DNA from: Candidatus Sericytochromatia bacterium
GTDB lineage: Bacteria > Cyanobacteriota > Sericytochromatia > S15B-MN24 > JAQBPE01
Direction of reading: 5' to 3'
Length of the DNA stretch: 43,375 nucleotides
Assembly: GCA_040400605.1 (NCBI GenBank)
Contig: JBBAPZ010000012.1
Location: 57,364-100,738, forward strand
The notes beneath the pieces were generated by a model, which was given only the letters and a program-made list of their open reading frames with translations, did not search any database and was not told the DNA's origin. Shown in pieces: positions 1 through 9,184 of this stretch. The translations under genes and the position numbers were made by a program. Positions within the stretch are counted from its first letter, which is position 1; each line of letters starts with the position of its first letter.

Positions 1-144
1 TGGCACTTGGCGAGGATGCCGGCGTGGTTGTGGCACTGGCACTTGGTGAAGAGGCCGGTATGGTTGAGGCGCTGGCGACTGGTGATGGCGCCGGTGTAGT
101 TGAGGCCCTGACGCTTGGAGACGGCGCCGGTGTAGTTGAGGCAC
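1..144. repeat. Four degenerate 36-bp tandem repeats (coding, 12-aa unit)
   Basis: Units at 1-36, 37-72, 73-108 and 109-144, e.g. tggcacttggcgaggatgccggcgtggttgtggcac and tggcacttggtgaagaggccggtatggttgaggcgc. The array may continue beyond the window edge. Confidence 0.85.
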
Positions 145-610
145 TCGAAGTGGGGGTGGCTGTCGGGGTTGCGGAGGCATCGGGCGCCGGTTCAGCGGAA
201 CCGGTGGCACTTGGATCAGCGATCACAAACGAGCGCGCCGCCGCGAAGACAGCCGCCTCCGCCTCCGCAGCCTCGATAAACATCTGAACCTCATAAAAAT
301 TCTTCGGCAAACCCGACGTGGGTATCTTGGCTACGAACCCATCCTCAGGATCCTCATCAGGGGGAATGGTCGGCGGGCTTGCCTCCACCCCCTCCGGGAT
401 CACCAACTCAAAACTGGCCTTTTTAGCCGCGGCCGGCACAACGAAAGACAGTTCAAGCGTCCCTCCGGGTGCTACCCGAGGAATTGCGCCGACCGCCTTA
501 TTGACGCCCACCGGTTCGAGCAGGCAGCCGGCGATAAAAATGCCGCCAAGCACGATGGCCGACAAGCCAGGCCTGGACAAACAAGCGTGTTGCAGATTCA
601 TTCGCTTCAC
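1..610 (-). CDS. Lipoprotein with Pro/Ser/Thr/Ala-rich 12-aa repeats (partial, runs off the window start)
   Basis: Not in the ORF track because there is no stop in the window. My translation from GTG at 610 (GGAG RBS just upstream) gives MKRMNLQHACLSRPGLSAIVLGGIFIAGC-LLEPVGV, with lipobox IAGC, a short globular region, then ASTTPAPSPSVR-type repeats. It directly follows the 620-2026 gene. Confidence 0.75.
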   Translation of the reverse strand, partial: MKRMNLQHACLSRPGLSAIVLGGIFIAGCLLEPVGVNKAVGAIPRVAPGGTLELSFVVPAAAKKASFELVIPEGVEASPPTIPPDEDPEDGFVAKIPTSGLPKNFYEVQMFIEAAEAEAAVFAAARSFVIADPSATGSAEPAPDASATPTATPTSSASTTPAPSPSVRASTTPAPSPVASASTIPASSPSASATTTPASSPSA

Positions 611-619
611 AACCGGCTC

Positions 620-2026
620 CTAGTAACTGATGCCTAGCTTCAACATAGGTCCGTGCCATAGCTGAGACAACACACGATCCTCACCCTCTGAATAGCGATA
701 CGTGTTCACGGCATATCCAAGGGTCATTCCCACCATACCAAAATCAAAACGCGTCTCCAATGCACCACGCAAGCCGAGCATCGGAAAAATTCCCGGTACG
801 TTGGCTTGCCCCATCGAGCCCGCCAACAAATAATTGAGGCCTCCCGTCAAACTGATGCCAAACATTGGGTTCAGCTGCATACCCGCCCCAAGCGTGGTAT
901 GGACCCCGTAAGCCTGCCACGGTGACGACAGATAATCACTGACAACCACCGCCTTGGGATCGCCTGGTGCCGCCTCACCTTCTGCCACCTGTTCCGGCCG
1001 AACCGTCGTCGTGACATTTACAAACCGGGCAGCAGGACCGAGGCGCCCCATCAACTCAAAGCCCCCACCCACAGGAAACCGCCCCTGCAAGGCCAGATTG
1101 CCCTCCATGTCCAACCGACTGCGCGTCACATCAAAGCCCGAACCTGTCAGGTCAGCATCGCGAAATGCGTAGCGCATGCCGCGCCCCTCAAGCGACACCC
1201 CCAAATTATTGGTGAACATGTGCTGATAGCTAACTGAGCCCGCCGACGTCAATCCGGTTTCAATATCCGCATTCCCCGCTTCAAACGTCTCTCGAATGGA
1301 AAGGGGCAACTCCGCACCGCCCGCGAAGCGCGACCCGAAAACCTGTGGTTCTTTGGGCACCGCCGGCACAGCGTCTGCCTGTGGCGAGGCGTCAGGGCCC
1401 GGCAACACCGGATCCGACAGCAACTGCGGGTCAAGCATCGGATCGACCGGGCGCTCAGGCAACCCGGGCGTCGTCTCTGGCTTCGTCGGCGCAACCGTCA
1501 GCGGTACTGGCGCATCCAAAACAGGTTCCGGGGTGATGCGTGGCGCAGGCATCGGCGGCCTCAGCGCAATCACCGACTTTGGCGATGGGGCCGGCGTCTT
1601 TTGTGCAACAACCCCCCGCTGAGGCGCACCCACCGCAAAGATGGCCAGAGACAGGGTGTTGGTAGTTCCATGCGTCACAGTGCGCAAGTCAGCAGGCGCA
1701 TTGAGCTCGAAAGTCAACCTGGCGCGACTGACCCCAATCGGCTCCGCCCGCACAGTCGTGACAACCCCTCGGTTCATGAACAAGGTCCGTTTGCCCGGCA
1801 AGTACATACCTTCAACTTCGACGTCCAAGCGGCGGGAACTCGCAACCCACGAGACGCGATAAGGTTTGCGCGCACCGGTCGGAATGGCCAAGGTCACGGT
1901 ATGGGTATCCGAAACGAAGTCAACGGTGCCAACATCAGGCAATACCATCGCGGCATCGGCAGAATTGGTCAAAAACGCCGGTAAACCCAAAGCGATGAGC
2001 ACCAGCGGCAAACGCAGATCGGTCAC
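620..2026 (-). CDS. Secreted protein: AMIN-like N-terminal domain, Pro-rich linker, C-terminal outer-membrane beta-barrel
   Basis: Likely GTG start at 2026 after AGGAG/AAGGA; signal peptide ending NSADA. RLDVEVEG...VTTVRA...ARLTFEL resembles an AMIN domain. The C-terminal ~230 aa have alternating amphipathic strands and end in LKLGISY, an aromatic C-terminal residue typical of BAM substrates. Confidence 0.6.
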   Translation of the reverse strand: MTDLRLPLVLIALGLPAFLTNSADAAMVLPDVGTVDFVSDTHTVTLAIPTGARKPYRVSWVASSRRLDVEVEGMYLPGKRTLFMNRGVVTTVRAEPIGVSRARLTFELNAPADLRTVTHGTTNTLSLAIFAVGAPQRGVVAQKTPAPSPKSVIALRPPMPAPRITPEPVLDAPVPLTVAPTKPETTPGLPERPVDPMLDPQLLSDPVLPGPDASPQADAVPAVPKEPQVFGSRFAGGAELPLSIRETFEAGNADIETGLTSAGSVSYQHMFTNNLGVSLEGRGMRYAFRDADLTGSGFDVTRSRLDMEGNLALQGRFPVGGGFELMGRLGPAARFVNVTTTVRPEQVAEGEAAPGDPKAVVVSDYLSSPWQAYGVHTTLGAGMQLNPMFGISLTGGLNYLLAGSMGQANVPGIFPMLGLRGALETRFDFGMVGMTLGYAVNTYRYSEGEDRVLSQLWHGPMLKLGISY

Positions 2027-2118
2027 AAGTTGGAATCCTTCTCCTGGATATAACGTTTCGCATGATACCACCGGGGGGCGTGAATTTGTGTGACCATTGC
2101 CACCGTTAATTGACAGTA

Positions 2119-3027
2119 TCAAAAAACAAGGGTTGGCTGATACATGCGATCAACCGATTTTAAAACAGCAACAAGCTTTCCTTGATCATCATAGGCGCGA
2201 GTCAACGGCAACTCCCCCCCGACAATGCGACGTCCAAGGCGAAGATCGCGACTCTGTTCGGCAGAAATCACCAATTCGGGCAAATGCGCCAACAGCATGG
2301 CATGCGGCAGCCATTCAGGTGCGGCAGTAAAATCCTCCACTGTCTGCGTCGCGTCGATGACCACCGCATTGGCCTCAGTACGAAGCAGAAATGTCAAACA
2401 GGCAGGCAACCCTAGTGCGCGACCGATATCAACTGCCAACGAACGGATGTAAGTGCCTGCGGCGCAACGCACGTAGAGCCTTGCGATCGCAGTCTCACCC
2501 GGCGTAAACGATAGCAGGCGCAACGCGTGAATCGCCACACGCCTCACAGGAATGTCCGTTTCGGGCAAAGACGACCCTTCGCGGGCCCATTCATAAAGAC
2601 GTCGACCCCGCACGTGAACGGCCGAGGTCAAAGGCGGCCGTTGTTCGATCACACCACAAAACTGGGCCAGTGCATGTTCCACGCGCGCCACGTCCAATCC
2701 TGCAGCAGATGCCAACGCGACAGGCACGCCTTCCGCATCGGCCGTATCGGTCGCAACACCGAAACACACCTCCGCAACATAGGCTTTGTCTGATGGTAAC
2801 AGCGAAATCAAGCGTGTGGCCTTACCTACCGCCAAAACCATGACGCCGGCCGCGGCAGGGTCCAGGGTTCCGGTATGCCCGACGCGTCGGATACCCAGTG
2901 TTCGTCGCGCACAAGCAACGAGGTCGTGTGAACTGATACCACAAGGTTTCAAGATGCCCAAAAACCCGAACGCCGAGGCATCACCTTGTTCGACTGGGTC
3001 AAGCCCCGTCTCGGATCCCGTCGCCAT
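2119..3027 (-). CDS. truB: tRNA pseudouridine(55) synthase
   Basis: KPCGISSHD, VGHTGTLDP catalytic motif, GTYIRSLAVDIG; canonical position after rbfA. Confidence 0.97.
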   Translation of the reverse strand: MATGSETGLDPVEQGDASAFGFLGILKPCGISSHDLVACARRTLGIRRVGHTGTLDPAAAGVMVLAVGKATRLISLLPSDKAYVAEVCFGVATDTADAEGVPVALASAAGLDVARVEHALAQFCGVIEQRPPLTSAVHVRGRRLYEWAREGSSLPETDIPVRRVAIHALRLLSFTPGETAIARLYVRCAAGTYIRSLAVDIGRALGLPACLTFLLRTEANAVVIDATQTVEDFTAAPEWLPHAMLLAHLPELVISAEQSRDLRLGRRIVGGELPLTRAYDDQGKLVAVLKSVDRMYQPTLVF

Positions 3028-3030
3028 GGT

Positions 3031-3393
3031 TCAATCCATCTGGCGTTCTTGCGATATCCGGTTCAGCAACGCCGCGATGTTCGCCCCATGTTCGATTGAA
3101 CGATCCAACTTGAAGTGCAACTCTGGCGTCACCCGCAATTTCACCGCTTTGCCAATCTCTGAGCGTATGAAGCCCGACGCGGACTTTAAACCCCGCAGAA
3201 TATCGTCTTGCAGGCCTTCATCGCCCAGAATGCTCACAAACACGGTGGCGTGTCTCAGGTCCCCGGTCATCTCGACCGTAGTCACCGAAACGCGTTCACT
3301 CGGTACCCGTGCATCCTTGATGCGATAAAGCAAGATATCAGCCACCTCGTGTTTGATAACCTCAGCCACGCGTGTGGATCGCGAAAAGGCCAT
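3031..3393 (-). CDS. rbfA: 30S ribosome-binding factor A
   Basis: RVAEVIKHEVA, VEMTGDLRHATVFVS, LRVTPELHFKLDRSIE; start chosen at ATG 3393 from GGGAG spacing. Confidence 0.96.
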   Translation of the reverse strand: MAFSRSTRVAEVIKHEVADILLYRIKDARVPSERVSVTTVEMTGDLRHATVFVSILGDEGLQDDILRGLKSASGFIRSEIGKAVKLRVTPELHFKLDRSIEHGANIAALLNRISQERQMD

Positions 3394-3616
3394 TACCATC
3401 TCCCTTCTTGCTAAAAAACTCCGGTTATTTGCCATAACGTTCGCCTCAACGAAACGTCAAAGCAACCGCCATATGACCGACACGCCAGTCAACCGCGTAA
3501 CGGACGACCGGCGTTTACAGCCTCGGCGCGTTAATCAAGACCGCAAACGCAAGGTCACGCCACCACAATTTGTGGGCATTCGATACCACGCAGCCAGCCT
3601 CGAAACCATAAAAGCC

Positions 3617-6046
3617 CTAACGCTCCTTCTCGCGGGTTACAAACGCCTCGATGATGTCGCCCTCCATAATGTCGTTGAACTTCTCAAGACTCATGCCGCA
3701 CTCATAACCGGCTGCGACCTCTTTTGCATCATCCTTGAAGCGTTTGAGGTTATCCAGTTTGCCCTCAAAGATCAGGTCTTTACCTCGGTACAGCTTCACC
3801 TCAGCCTTGCGTTCAATCTTCCCTTCAAGCACCATACAACCGGCGATGACGCCTGTTTTTCCAGACTTGAAGACAGCGCGAACTTCGGCCCGACCAATTC
3901 GAACCGTCTCGAACTCCGGCTCAAGCAAGCCCTTCATGGCCATTTCGAGATCCTCAATCATCTTGTAGATAATCGAGTAAAGCCGCACATCGACCGAAGC
4001 GTCCTCCGCCGCCCGTGCAGCGCGTTCATCCACTTTCACATTGAAGCCGATTACCAATGCGTCCGAGGCCGCCGCCAAGTTCACGTCAGTCTCGCTCACA
4101 TCACCATTGGCGGACAACAAGACACGAATCGTCACGCCTTCCATGCGCTCGTTCACCTGGCTGAGTGCCTGCTCGATGGCCTCGCTCGACCCCTTGACAT
4201 CTGCCTTGATAATGATCGGCAGCTCTTTTTGACCTTCCTGAATCCGGGTGTAGAAGTTTTTGAGGGTCATCCGGGCACGCGCACTCAGTTTTTCATCACG
4301 TTCCGCAAGTGCCCGCGAGTCAGCGAGCGCCTTGGCCGCCTTCTCGGAATCAACAACCTGGAAGACATCTCCCGCGTGCGGCACATCCGTGCACCCCAAC
4401 ACTTCGACAGGATGGGCGGGACCCGCCTCCTTCACCCGTTTGCCACGATCGTTGATCAAGGCCCGAACCTTCCCGGCGATCGAACCGACCACAAACGGAT
4501 CCCCGACACGCAAGGTGCCCGACTGCACCAACACCGTCGCCACAGGCCCCATGCTCTTCGACAGTTTCGCTTCAACAATCAGGCCACGCGCCGGCTTGTT
4601 GGGGTTAGCCTTCAGTTCCTGCACCTCGGCAACCAACAGGATCATTTCAAGCAATTGATCGAGGTTAAGTTTCTTCTTCGCAGAAACCTCAACCATAACC
4701 GTCTGACCGCCCCACTCTTCTGGAACGAGCTCATACTCGGTCAACTCCTGCTTAACGCGATCCGGGTTGGCATCCGGCTTGTCAATCTTGTTGATGGCCA
4801 CGATAATCGGCACGCCCGCCGCCTTCGCGTGACTGATGGCCTCAATGGTCTGAGGCATCACACCGTCGTCAGCTGCAACCACCAGCACGGCGATGTCAGT
4901 CGCTTTGGCACCACGTGCACGCATCGCCGTAAACGCCTCGTGACCCGGTGTATCCAAAAAGCAGATCTCATTGCCATGCAACGAGGTCATGTACGCACCG
5001 ATGTGCTGCGTGATGCCGCCTGCCTCACCAGACGCGACCCGCGCCGAACGCAGCGCGTCCAGCAAAGACGTCTTGCCGTGATCGACGTGCCCCATAATCG
5101 TCACGATGGGAGGACGGGGCAGCAAATCAGCCGGGTCTTCGTACTCTTCGCTCGTCGCAGCCAACGCCTGCTGGATCGGGTCGACCAGGTTCACCTCGTA
5201 ACCCAGCTCCACCGCAATCATTTCAGCGGTCTCTTTCTCAATCGTCTGATTGATCGTGGCCATGATGCCCTTCAAGAACAGGCGCTTGATGATTTCAGTC
5301 TCCTTGACCTTCATCTTCTCGGCAAGCTCCTTCACGGTCAAACTGCCAATAAGATCAATGCTGGTCGGCGGCGCGGACAAATCACGATCCCGGTCACGAC
5401 GACGAATGCGACGCTCCTCACGTTCCTGCTTCTGCTCGGCCTTGGACTTGCGTTTACCGGCGCCTTTCTTGGCGGCCAGCGGCAACTGAACCTCCTGCTC
5501 ATCCTCGACCGGTCCCCGACGATGCGCGCCACGCCCGCCATCACGCTCCGCACGTCGACCATCAGCCTGACGTGGCGGCACGCCACCCGACTCAGGACGG
5601 GCAGCAACCGGCCGCGCATCCTTGCGCGCCTCGGGCCTCGCCTCGCCCCGCTTCGGCGCCCCTGTCACCCCGTCGGCACGCCGCACAGGCGGCACCGGCA
5701 CCGGGGCCGGCGGCACCACGTGGCGGATGAGATTCGCCCCTAAACCGGCGCGTGACGACACCGGCGACGCAGGCACTGACGGCGTGACTGTCGCAGCTTT
5801 CACCTCCGGTTTGATTGCAGGCGCCACCTCCGCCGCCTGTTGCCTCTGCGCGTGACGTTGCCGCGCGGCATCCGCCACACCGTCCTCAACCCAGGCGAGG
5901 TGATTCTTGACCTCCACCCCCATCGACTGAAACAGTTCAAGCAGGTCTTTTACAGGAAGGGCCATATCTTTGGCCATCTTGCACACCTGAACCCTGCCCT
6001 TGGTGCTGGTGCCTCCCCCGGTTGCTGGATTCTGATTGGCGTCCAT
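3617..6046 (-). CDS. infB: Translation initiation factor IF-2
   Basis: RPPIVTIMGHVDHGKTSLLD, EAGGITQHIGAY, DTPGHEAFTAMRARGA, NKID; C-terminal GYECG. Confidence 0.99.
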   Translation of the reverse strand: MDANQNPATGGGTSTKGRVQVCKMAKDMALPVKDLLELFQSMGVEVKNHLAWVEDGVADAARQRHAQRQQAAEVAPAIKPEVKAATVTPSVPASPVSSRAGLGANLIRHVVPPAPVPVPPVRRADGVTGAPKRGEARPEARKDARPVAARPESGGVPPRQADGRRAERDGGRGAHRRGPVEDEQEVQLPLAAKKGAGKRKSKAEQKQEREERRIRRRDRDRDLSAPPTSIDLIGSLTVKELAEKMKVKETEIIKRLFLKGIMATINQTIEKETAEMIAVELGYEVNLVDPIQQALAATSEEYEDPADLLPRPPIVTIMGHVDHGKTSLLDALRSARVASGEAGGITQHIGAYMTSLHGNEICFLDTPGHEAFTAMRARGAKATDIAVLVVAADDGVMPQTIEAISHAKAAGVPIIVAINKIDKPDANPDRVKQELTEYELVPEEWGGQTVMVEVSAKKKLNLDQLLEMILLVAEVQELKANPNKPARGLIVEAKLSKSMGPVATVLVQSGTLRVGDPFVVGSIAGKVRALINDRGKRVKEAGPAHPVEVLGCTDVPHAGDVFQVVDSEKAAKALADSRALAERDEKLSARARMTLKNFYTRIQEGQKELPIIIKADVKGSSEAIEQALSQVNERMEGVTIRVLLSANGDVSETDVNLAAASDALVIGFNVKVDERAARAAEDASVDVRLYSIIYKMIEDLEMAMKGLLEPEFETVRIGRAEVRAVFKSGKTGVIAGCMVLEGKIERKAEVKLYRGKDLIFEGKLDNLKRFKDDAKEVAAGYECGMSLEKFNDIMEGDIIEAFVTREKER

Positions 6047-6110
6047 CGTGTTTATCCTCCCTGTGACCTAAAATTGATTGTTCTGGCGCGATACTTGCGA
6101 GCAACCGTCG

Positions 6111-6407
6111 TCATCCGTTCTTCTCATCACCTTGTTTGGCAAGCTCCGCAAGTTGCATCACAAGCGATTCTGGCAGCATCACCTTTAACGCCCGCGCCAG
6201 ATGACCACGTCGCGCGGCAGGAACGACACACTCACCGCGACGGCAGAGATAAGCCCCTCGCCCCTGAATGCGACCTTCAGGGTCAAAACCCACCTGGTGA
6301 TCAACCCCGCGCACGAAACGCCAAAGTTGTTCGCGTGGCGCAGGCTTGCGGCAGGTTACGCACTGACGCAAAGGGGATGACTTTTCTCCATTCAAGTGCC
6401 CCATCAT
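6111..6407 (-). CDS. ylxR: YlxR/RnpM (DUF448) family RNA-binding protein
   Basis: PLRQCVTCR and GRGAYLC motifs; lies between nusA and infB. Confidence 0.9.
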   Translation of the reverse strand: MMGHLNGEKSSPLRQCVTCRKPAPREQLWRFVRGVDHQVGFDPEGRIQGRGAYLCRRGECVVPAARRGHLARALKVMLPESLVMQLAELAKQGDEKNG

Positions 6408-7531
6408 ACCGAGTCGTTTGAGACCTCCGTGGTTTCTTCCAGTTCAACTGAACCCTCCGTCTCGGAACGTTCATCTTCCAACTGCTGCTGCTCAAGTTCC
6501 CGCAATTGCGACTCACTCTTGATATCGATGCGATAACCCGTCAACTTGGCAGCCAAGCGAACGTTCTGACCTTCCCGTCCGATGGCCAGCGACAGCATCG
6601 TATCAGGCACCACCACCAACGCCGCCCGTTGGTCCTCAAACACTGTCACGCTCGCCACCTTGGCGGGAGACAACGCATTGGCGATGAACGTTTCAAGCAC
6701 TGGACTGAAACGGATGATTTCAATCTTTTCATTGCGCAATTCGGAACTGATCGCATGGATACGCCCACCGCGAGCGCCCACACACGCGCCGATGGGGTCC
6801 ACCGCGGGATCGCAACTGCGCACCGCAATCTTCGTTCGATGACCAGCCTCCCGGGCGATGCCCTCAATCACCACCGAGCCGTCAATCACCTCAGGAACTT
6901 CCAGCTCAAACAGCTCGCGCACCAACCCCTCGTGTCCGCGACTCGCAATGACTTGCACCCCACGGGGCGTTTCCCGCACTTCCACGATGAAGACCTTGAT
7001 GCGCTCACCCGGCCGCGGCCGCTCTCCGGGAAGCTGCTCCGAACCCGGTAACAACGCCTCCAATTTGCCGAGATTGATAATCACGTTACGACCCTCGATA
7101 CGCTGCACCGTACCGATTACCGTGGCTCCCTGCTTGTCCTTGAACTCGTCATAGAGCAATTTGCGCTCGGCTTCCCGAATACGCTGCGTGATAACCTGTT
7201 TGGCCACCTGCGCAGCCAATCGACCAAAATCCTTGGGCGTGACATCAAAAGCGATCGTCTCATCGACCTCGGCGTCCTCGCGGTAGGTCTTGGCCTCCTC
7301 CAACGAAATCTGCTCTTTGGGATCCACAACCTCTTCCACAATCTCCTTGTGGGCCCACACCTTCCAGGTGCCGGTCTCCAGATCCAGATCCACCTCAGCG
7401 TTCTGCGTGACAGCAGGATCGCGCCGATACGCTGACAACAAAGCCGTCTCCAACGCATCCTTAAGCGCCGCAGGCGATATGTTCCGCTCGCGCGCCAACT
7501 GACTGAATGCTTCCTTGATACTGTTGGTCAT
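6404..7531 (-). CDS. nusA: Transcription termination/antitermination factor NusA
   Basis: FGRLAAQVAKQVITQRIREAER, S1 and KH domains (AREAGHRTKIAV, GACVGARG, LSLAIGREGQNVRLAAKLTG). Confidence 0.99.
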   Translation of the reverse strand: MTNSIKEAFSQLARERNISPAALKDALETALLSAYRRDPAVTQNAEVDLDLETGTWKVWAHKEIVEEVVDPKEQISLEEAKTYREDAEVDETIAFDVTPKDFGRLAAQVAKQVITQRIREAERKLLYDEFKDKQGATVIGTVQRIEGRNVIINLGKLEALLPGSEQLPGERPRPGERIKVFIVEVRETPRGVQVIASRGHEGLVRELFELEVPEVIDGSVVIEGIAREAGHRTKIAVRSCDPAVDPIGACVGARGGRIHAISSELRNEKIEIIRFSPVLETFIANALSPAKVASVTVFEDQRAALVVVPDTMLSLAIGREGQNVRLAAKLTGYRIDIKSESQLRELEQQQLEDERSETEGSVELEETTEVSNDSV

Positions 7532-8022
7532 CACTGGATTCCCTTTTCACTGAGCGCGGGTGCATGGCCACGTAAGGCAAGACGAACCTGTTTGACCATC
7601 GACATGGGCACATCCCGCTCCTTGCCCACCAGGTCGTGCAGTTGCAAATTCCCATCCAACAACGTTCCAAGCCTGCCAACGAGTTGCCGTTCGCCAGATT
7701 CCAACGGCTGCTTCAGCGTTACATTGACCAGACGGCCCGCAAACACGGCATACTCACGCGGTGTCTTCAACACCCGTTCAGCACCAGGCGAAGACACCTC
7801 CAGATTAAACGCGTGCTTCACCACATCCTGTGTATCCAGCAAGTCGCCAACAACCGCACTCACGCGCTGACAATCATCCAACGAAACCCCATTCTCCGAG
7901 TCGATAAATACCCGCACGAACCAACGCGGCCCCTCTTTCACATAATCAACATCCACCAGGCGATAGCCCACTGCAGCGACCGCCGGTTCCATCAGCGTCA
8001 GCAGCGTATCTTTAACTGCCAA
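7531..8022 (-). CDS. rimP: Ribosome maturation factor RimP
   Basis: VRVFIDSENGVSLDDCQRVS, LEVSSPGAER; TTG start with GGGAGG RBS; first gene of the nusA-infB operon. Confidence 0.97.
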   Translation of the reverse strand: MAVKDTLLTLMEPAVAAVGYRLVDVDYVKEGPRWFVRVFIDSENGVSLDDCQRVSAVVGDLLDTQDVVKHAFNLEVSSPGAERVLKTPREYAVFAGRLVNVTLKQPLESGERQLVGRLGTLLDGNLQLHDLVGKERDVPMSMVKQVRLALRGHAPALSEKGIQ

Positions 8023-8070
8023 TGCGTGCCTCCCTCATCAATGAGCCGTTGCTTTGCACACCACATCCAA

Positions 8071-8100
8071 AACAAAAAAGAGCGGGCCAAAACCCACTCC
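8071..8100 (-). terminator. rimP (ylxS) leader terminator hairpin
   Basis: Minus strand GAGTGGG-TTTTGG-CCCGCTC followed by TTTTTT, about 50 nt upstream of rimP; matches the widespread GGG...CCC rimP-leader hairpin. Confidence 0.8.
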
Positions 8101-8197
8101 GTCCACCATAACTGAACATACACCAACAAGAAATTTTACAACGTCCCCTTAAGGTTATCACCCCCCAAAAAAGAAATCGGAAGGGTTTCAAAACCAA

Positions 8198-8362
8198 GGG
8201 CGACTGATTGCGCGCTTCACCAGGCGAACCTGGAACCTAACACATCATCGCACAAATTCCTTGCAGGGCCCAAGCGACTGCTCACCAAGGCTTCAGAGAC
8301 CGACGGAGCGCGACAGATTAAGCTTGTAAGGCGTGAACCCCGAGCCCAAAACATCGCGAACT
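8198..8362 (-). ncRNA. Candidate 6S-like rod-shaped small RNA
   Basis: Extended -10 TGtTATACT immediately upstream. The two halves pair by eye (GCGA/TCGC, TTCAC/GTGAA, CCTTACA/TGTTAGG, GTCGCGC/GTGCGAT, AAGC/GCTT), with a CCAGG-TTCG-CCTGG side hairpin; about 165 nt; no credible ORF. Confidence 0.4.
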
Positions 8363-8367
8363 AAGTC

Positions 8368-8397
8368 AGTATAACATGTTTGCGACGGGTCGCAAAC
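8368..8397 (-). promoter_or_regulatory. Sigma70-type promoter overlapped by a perfect 9-bp inverted repeat
   Basis: Minus strand TTGCGA-N16-TATACT with TG extension; GTTTGCGAC-gg-GTCGCAAAC at 8378-8397. Confidence 0.55.
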
Positions 8398-8422
8398 CGA
8401 CACCCCGGCCATTGGGCGCCTG

Positions 8423-8965
8423 CTACTTTGTATAAACCTCCGGTTTGAGAATCCCGATGTACGGGAGGTTTCGAAATTTCTGCGCATAGTCGAGTCCGTA
8501 GCCGACGACAAACTGGTCAGGTATTGTAAAACCCACATATTTGACATCAACGGGTTCTTTGCGTCGTTCAGGCTTATTGAGGAGCGAACAGATCTCAAGC
8601 GATGCCGGTCGCCGATCCCTCAGCAGTTTAACCAGATAGCTCAAGGTCAAACCAGTATCGACAATGTCTTCGATGATCACGACGTCCCGTCCGATGATGT
8701 TTTCATCAAGATCTTTCAAAATCCGTACCACACCGGAACTCGTCGTGGATGCGCCATAACTTGAAATCGACATGAAATCAATCTCAAGCGGCCGGTCAAT
8801 GGCGCGCATCACGTCACCGAAAAAAACCGCCACGCCGCGCAAGACCCCAATCAAGAGCAAGTTGGCACTATCGGCGTAGTCGCATGCGATATCCTGTCCC
8901 AATTCGCGCACACGTTGCGCTATCTGCTCCTCAGAAATCAAGACCCGCTCGATCATGTCATGCAT
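8423..8965 (-). CDS. hpt: Hypoxanthine phosphoribosyltransferase
   Basis: VLISEEQI, DFMSISSYG, VVIIEDIVDTGLTL PRPP-binding motif, FVVGYGLDYAQKFRNLPYI; start placed at ATG 8965. Confidence 0.97.
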   Translation of the reverse strand: MHDMIERVLISEEQIAQRVRELGQDIACDYADSANLLLIGVLRGVAVFFGDVMRAIDRPLEIDFMSISSYGASTTSSGVVRILKDLDENIIGRDVVIIEDIVDTGLTLSYLVKLLRDRRPASLEICSLLNKPERRKEPVDVKYVGFTIPDQFVVGYGLDYAQKFRNLPYIGILKPEVYTK

Positions 8966-9184
8966 CGACACAGCCACCCCCACGTTTCGCTCTAGCCCAC
9001 GGTACCCCACGTTGCGGATATTGTCGCGCGAGCAGGGGTTTAGAGGCAAGCGTCGATTCCACAAGGAACACCACAAAACACGGTATCACCCCATACGGAC
9101 AGCGTTTAACCCGATAGTCGCCTTGTTGGCTAAAAGGTATTTGAGCGGCGCTTTGGGTGCCTCTGGCTACCAAGCAGCCATTCA

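Noticed and set aside
1-144. 36-bp periodic sequence as a CRISPR array
   Set aside because: Units are contiguous without unique spacers, degenerate mainly in a codon-wise manner, and no cas genes are present.
24-623. Plus-strand ORFs 24-287 and 318-623
   Set aside because: Antisense to the lipoprotein frame at 1-610, which has an RBS, a lipobox and operon context.
3394-3616. Possible DUF503/YlxP gene between infB and rbfA
   Set aside because: The gap is only about 220 bp and I found no matching frame.
3353-5743. 796-aa plus-strand ORF
   Set aside because: Antisense shadow of infB; no recognisable motifs; expected from GC-rich codon usage.
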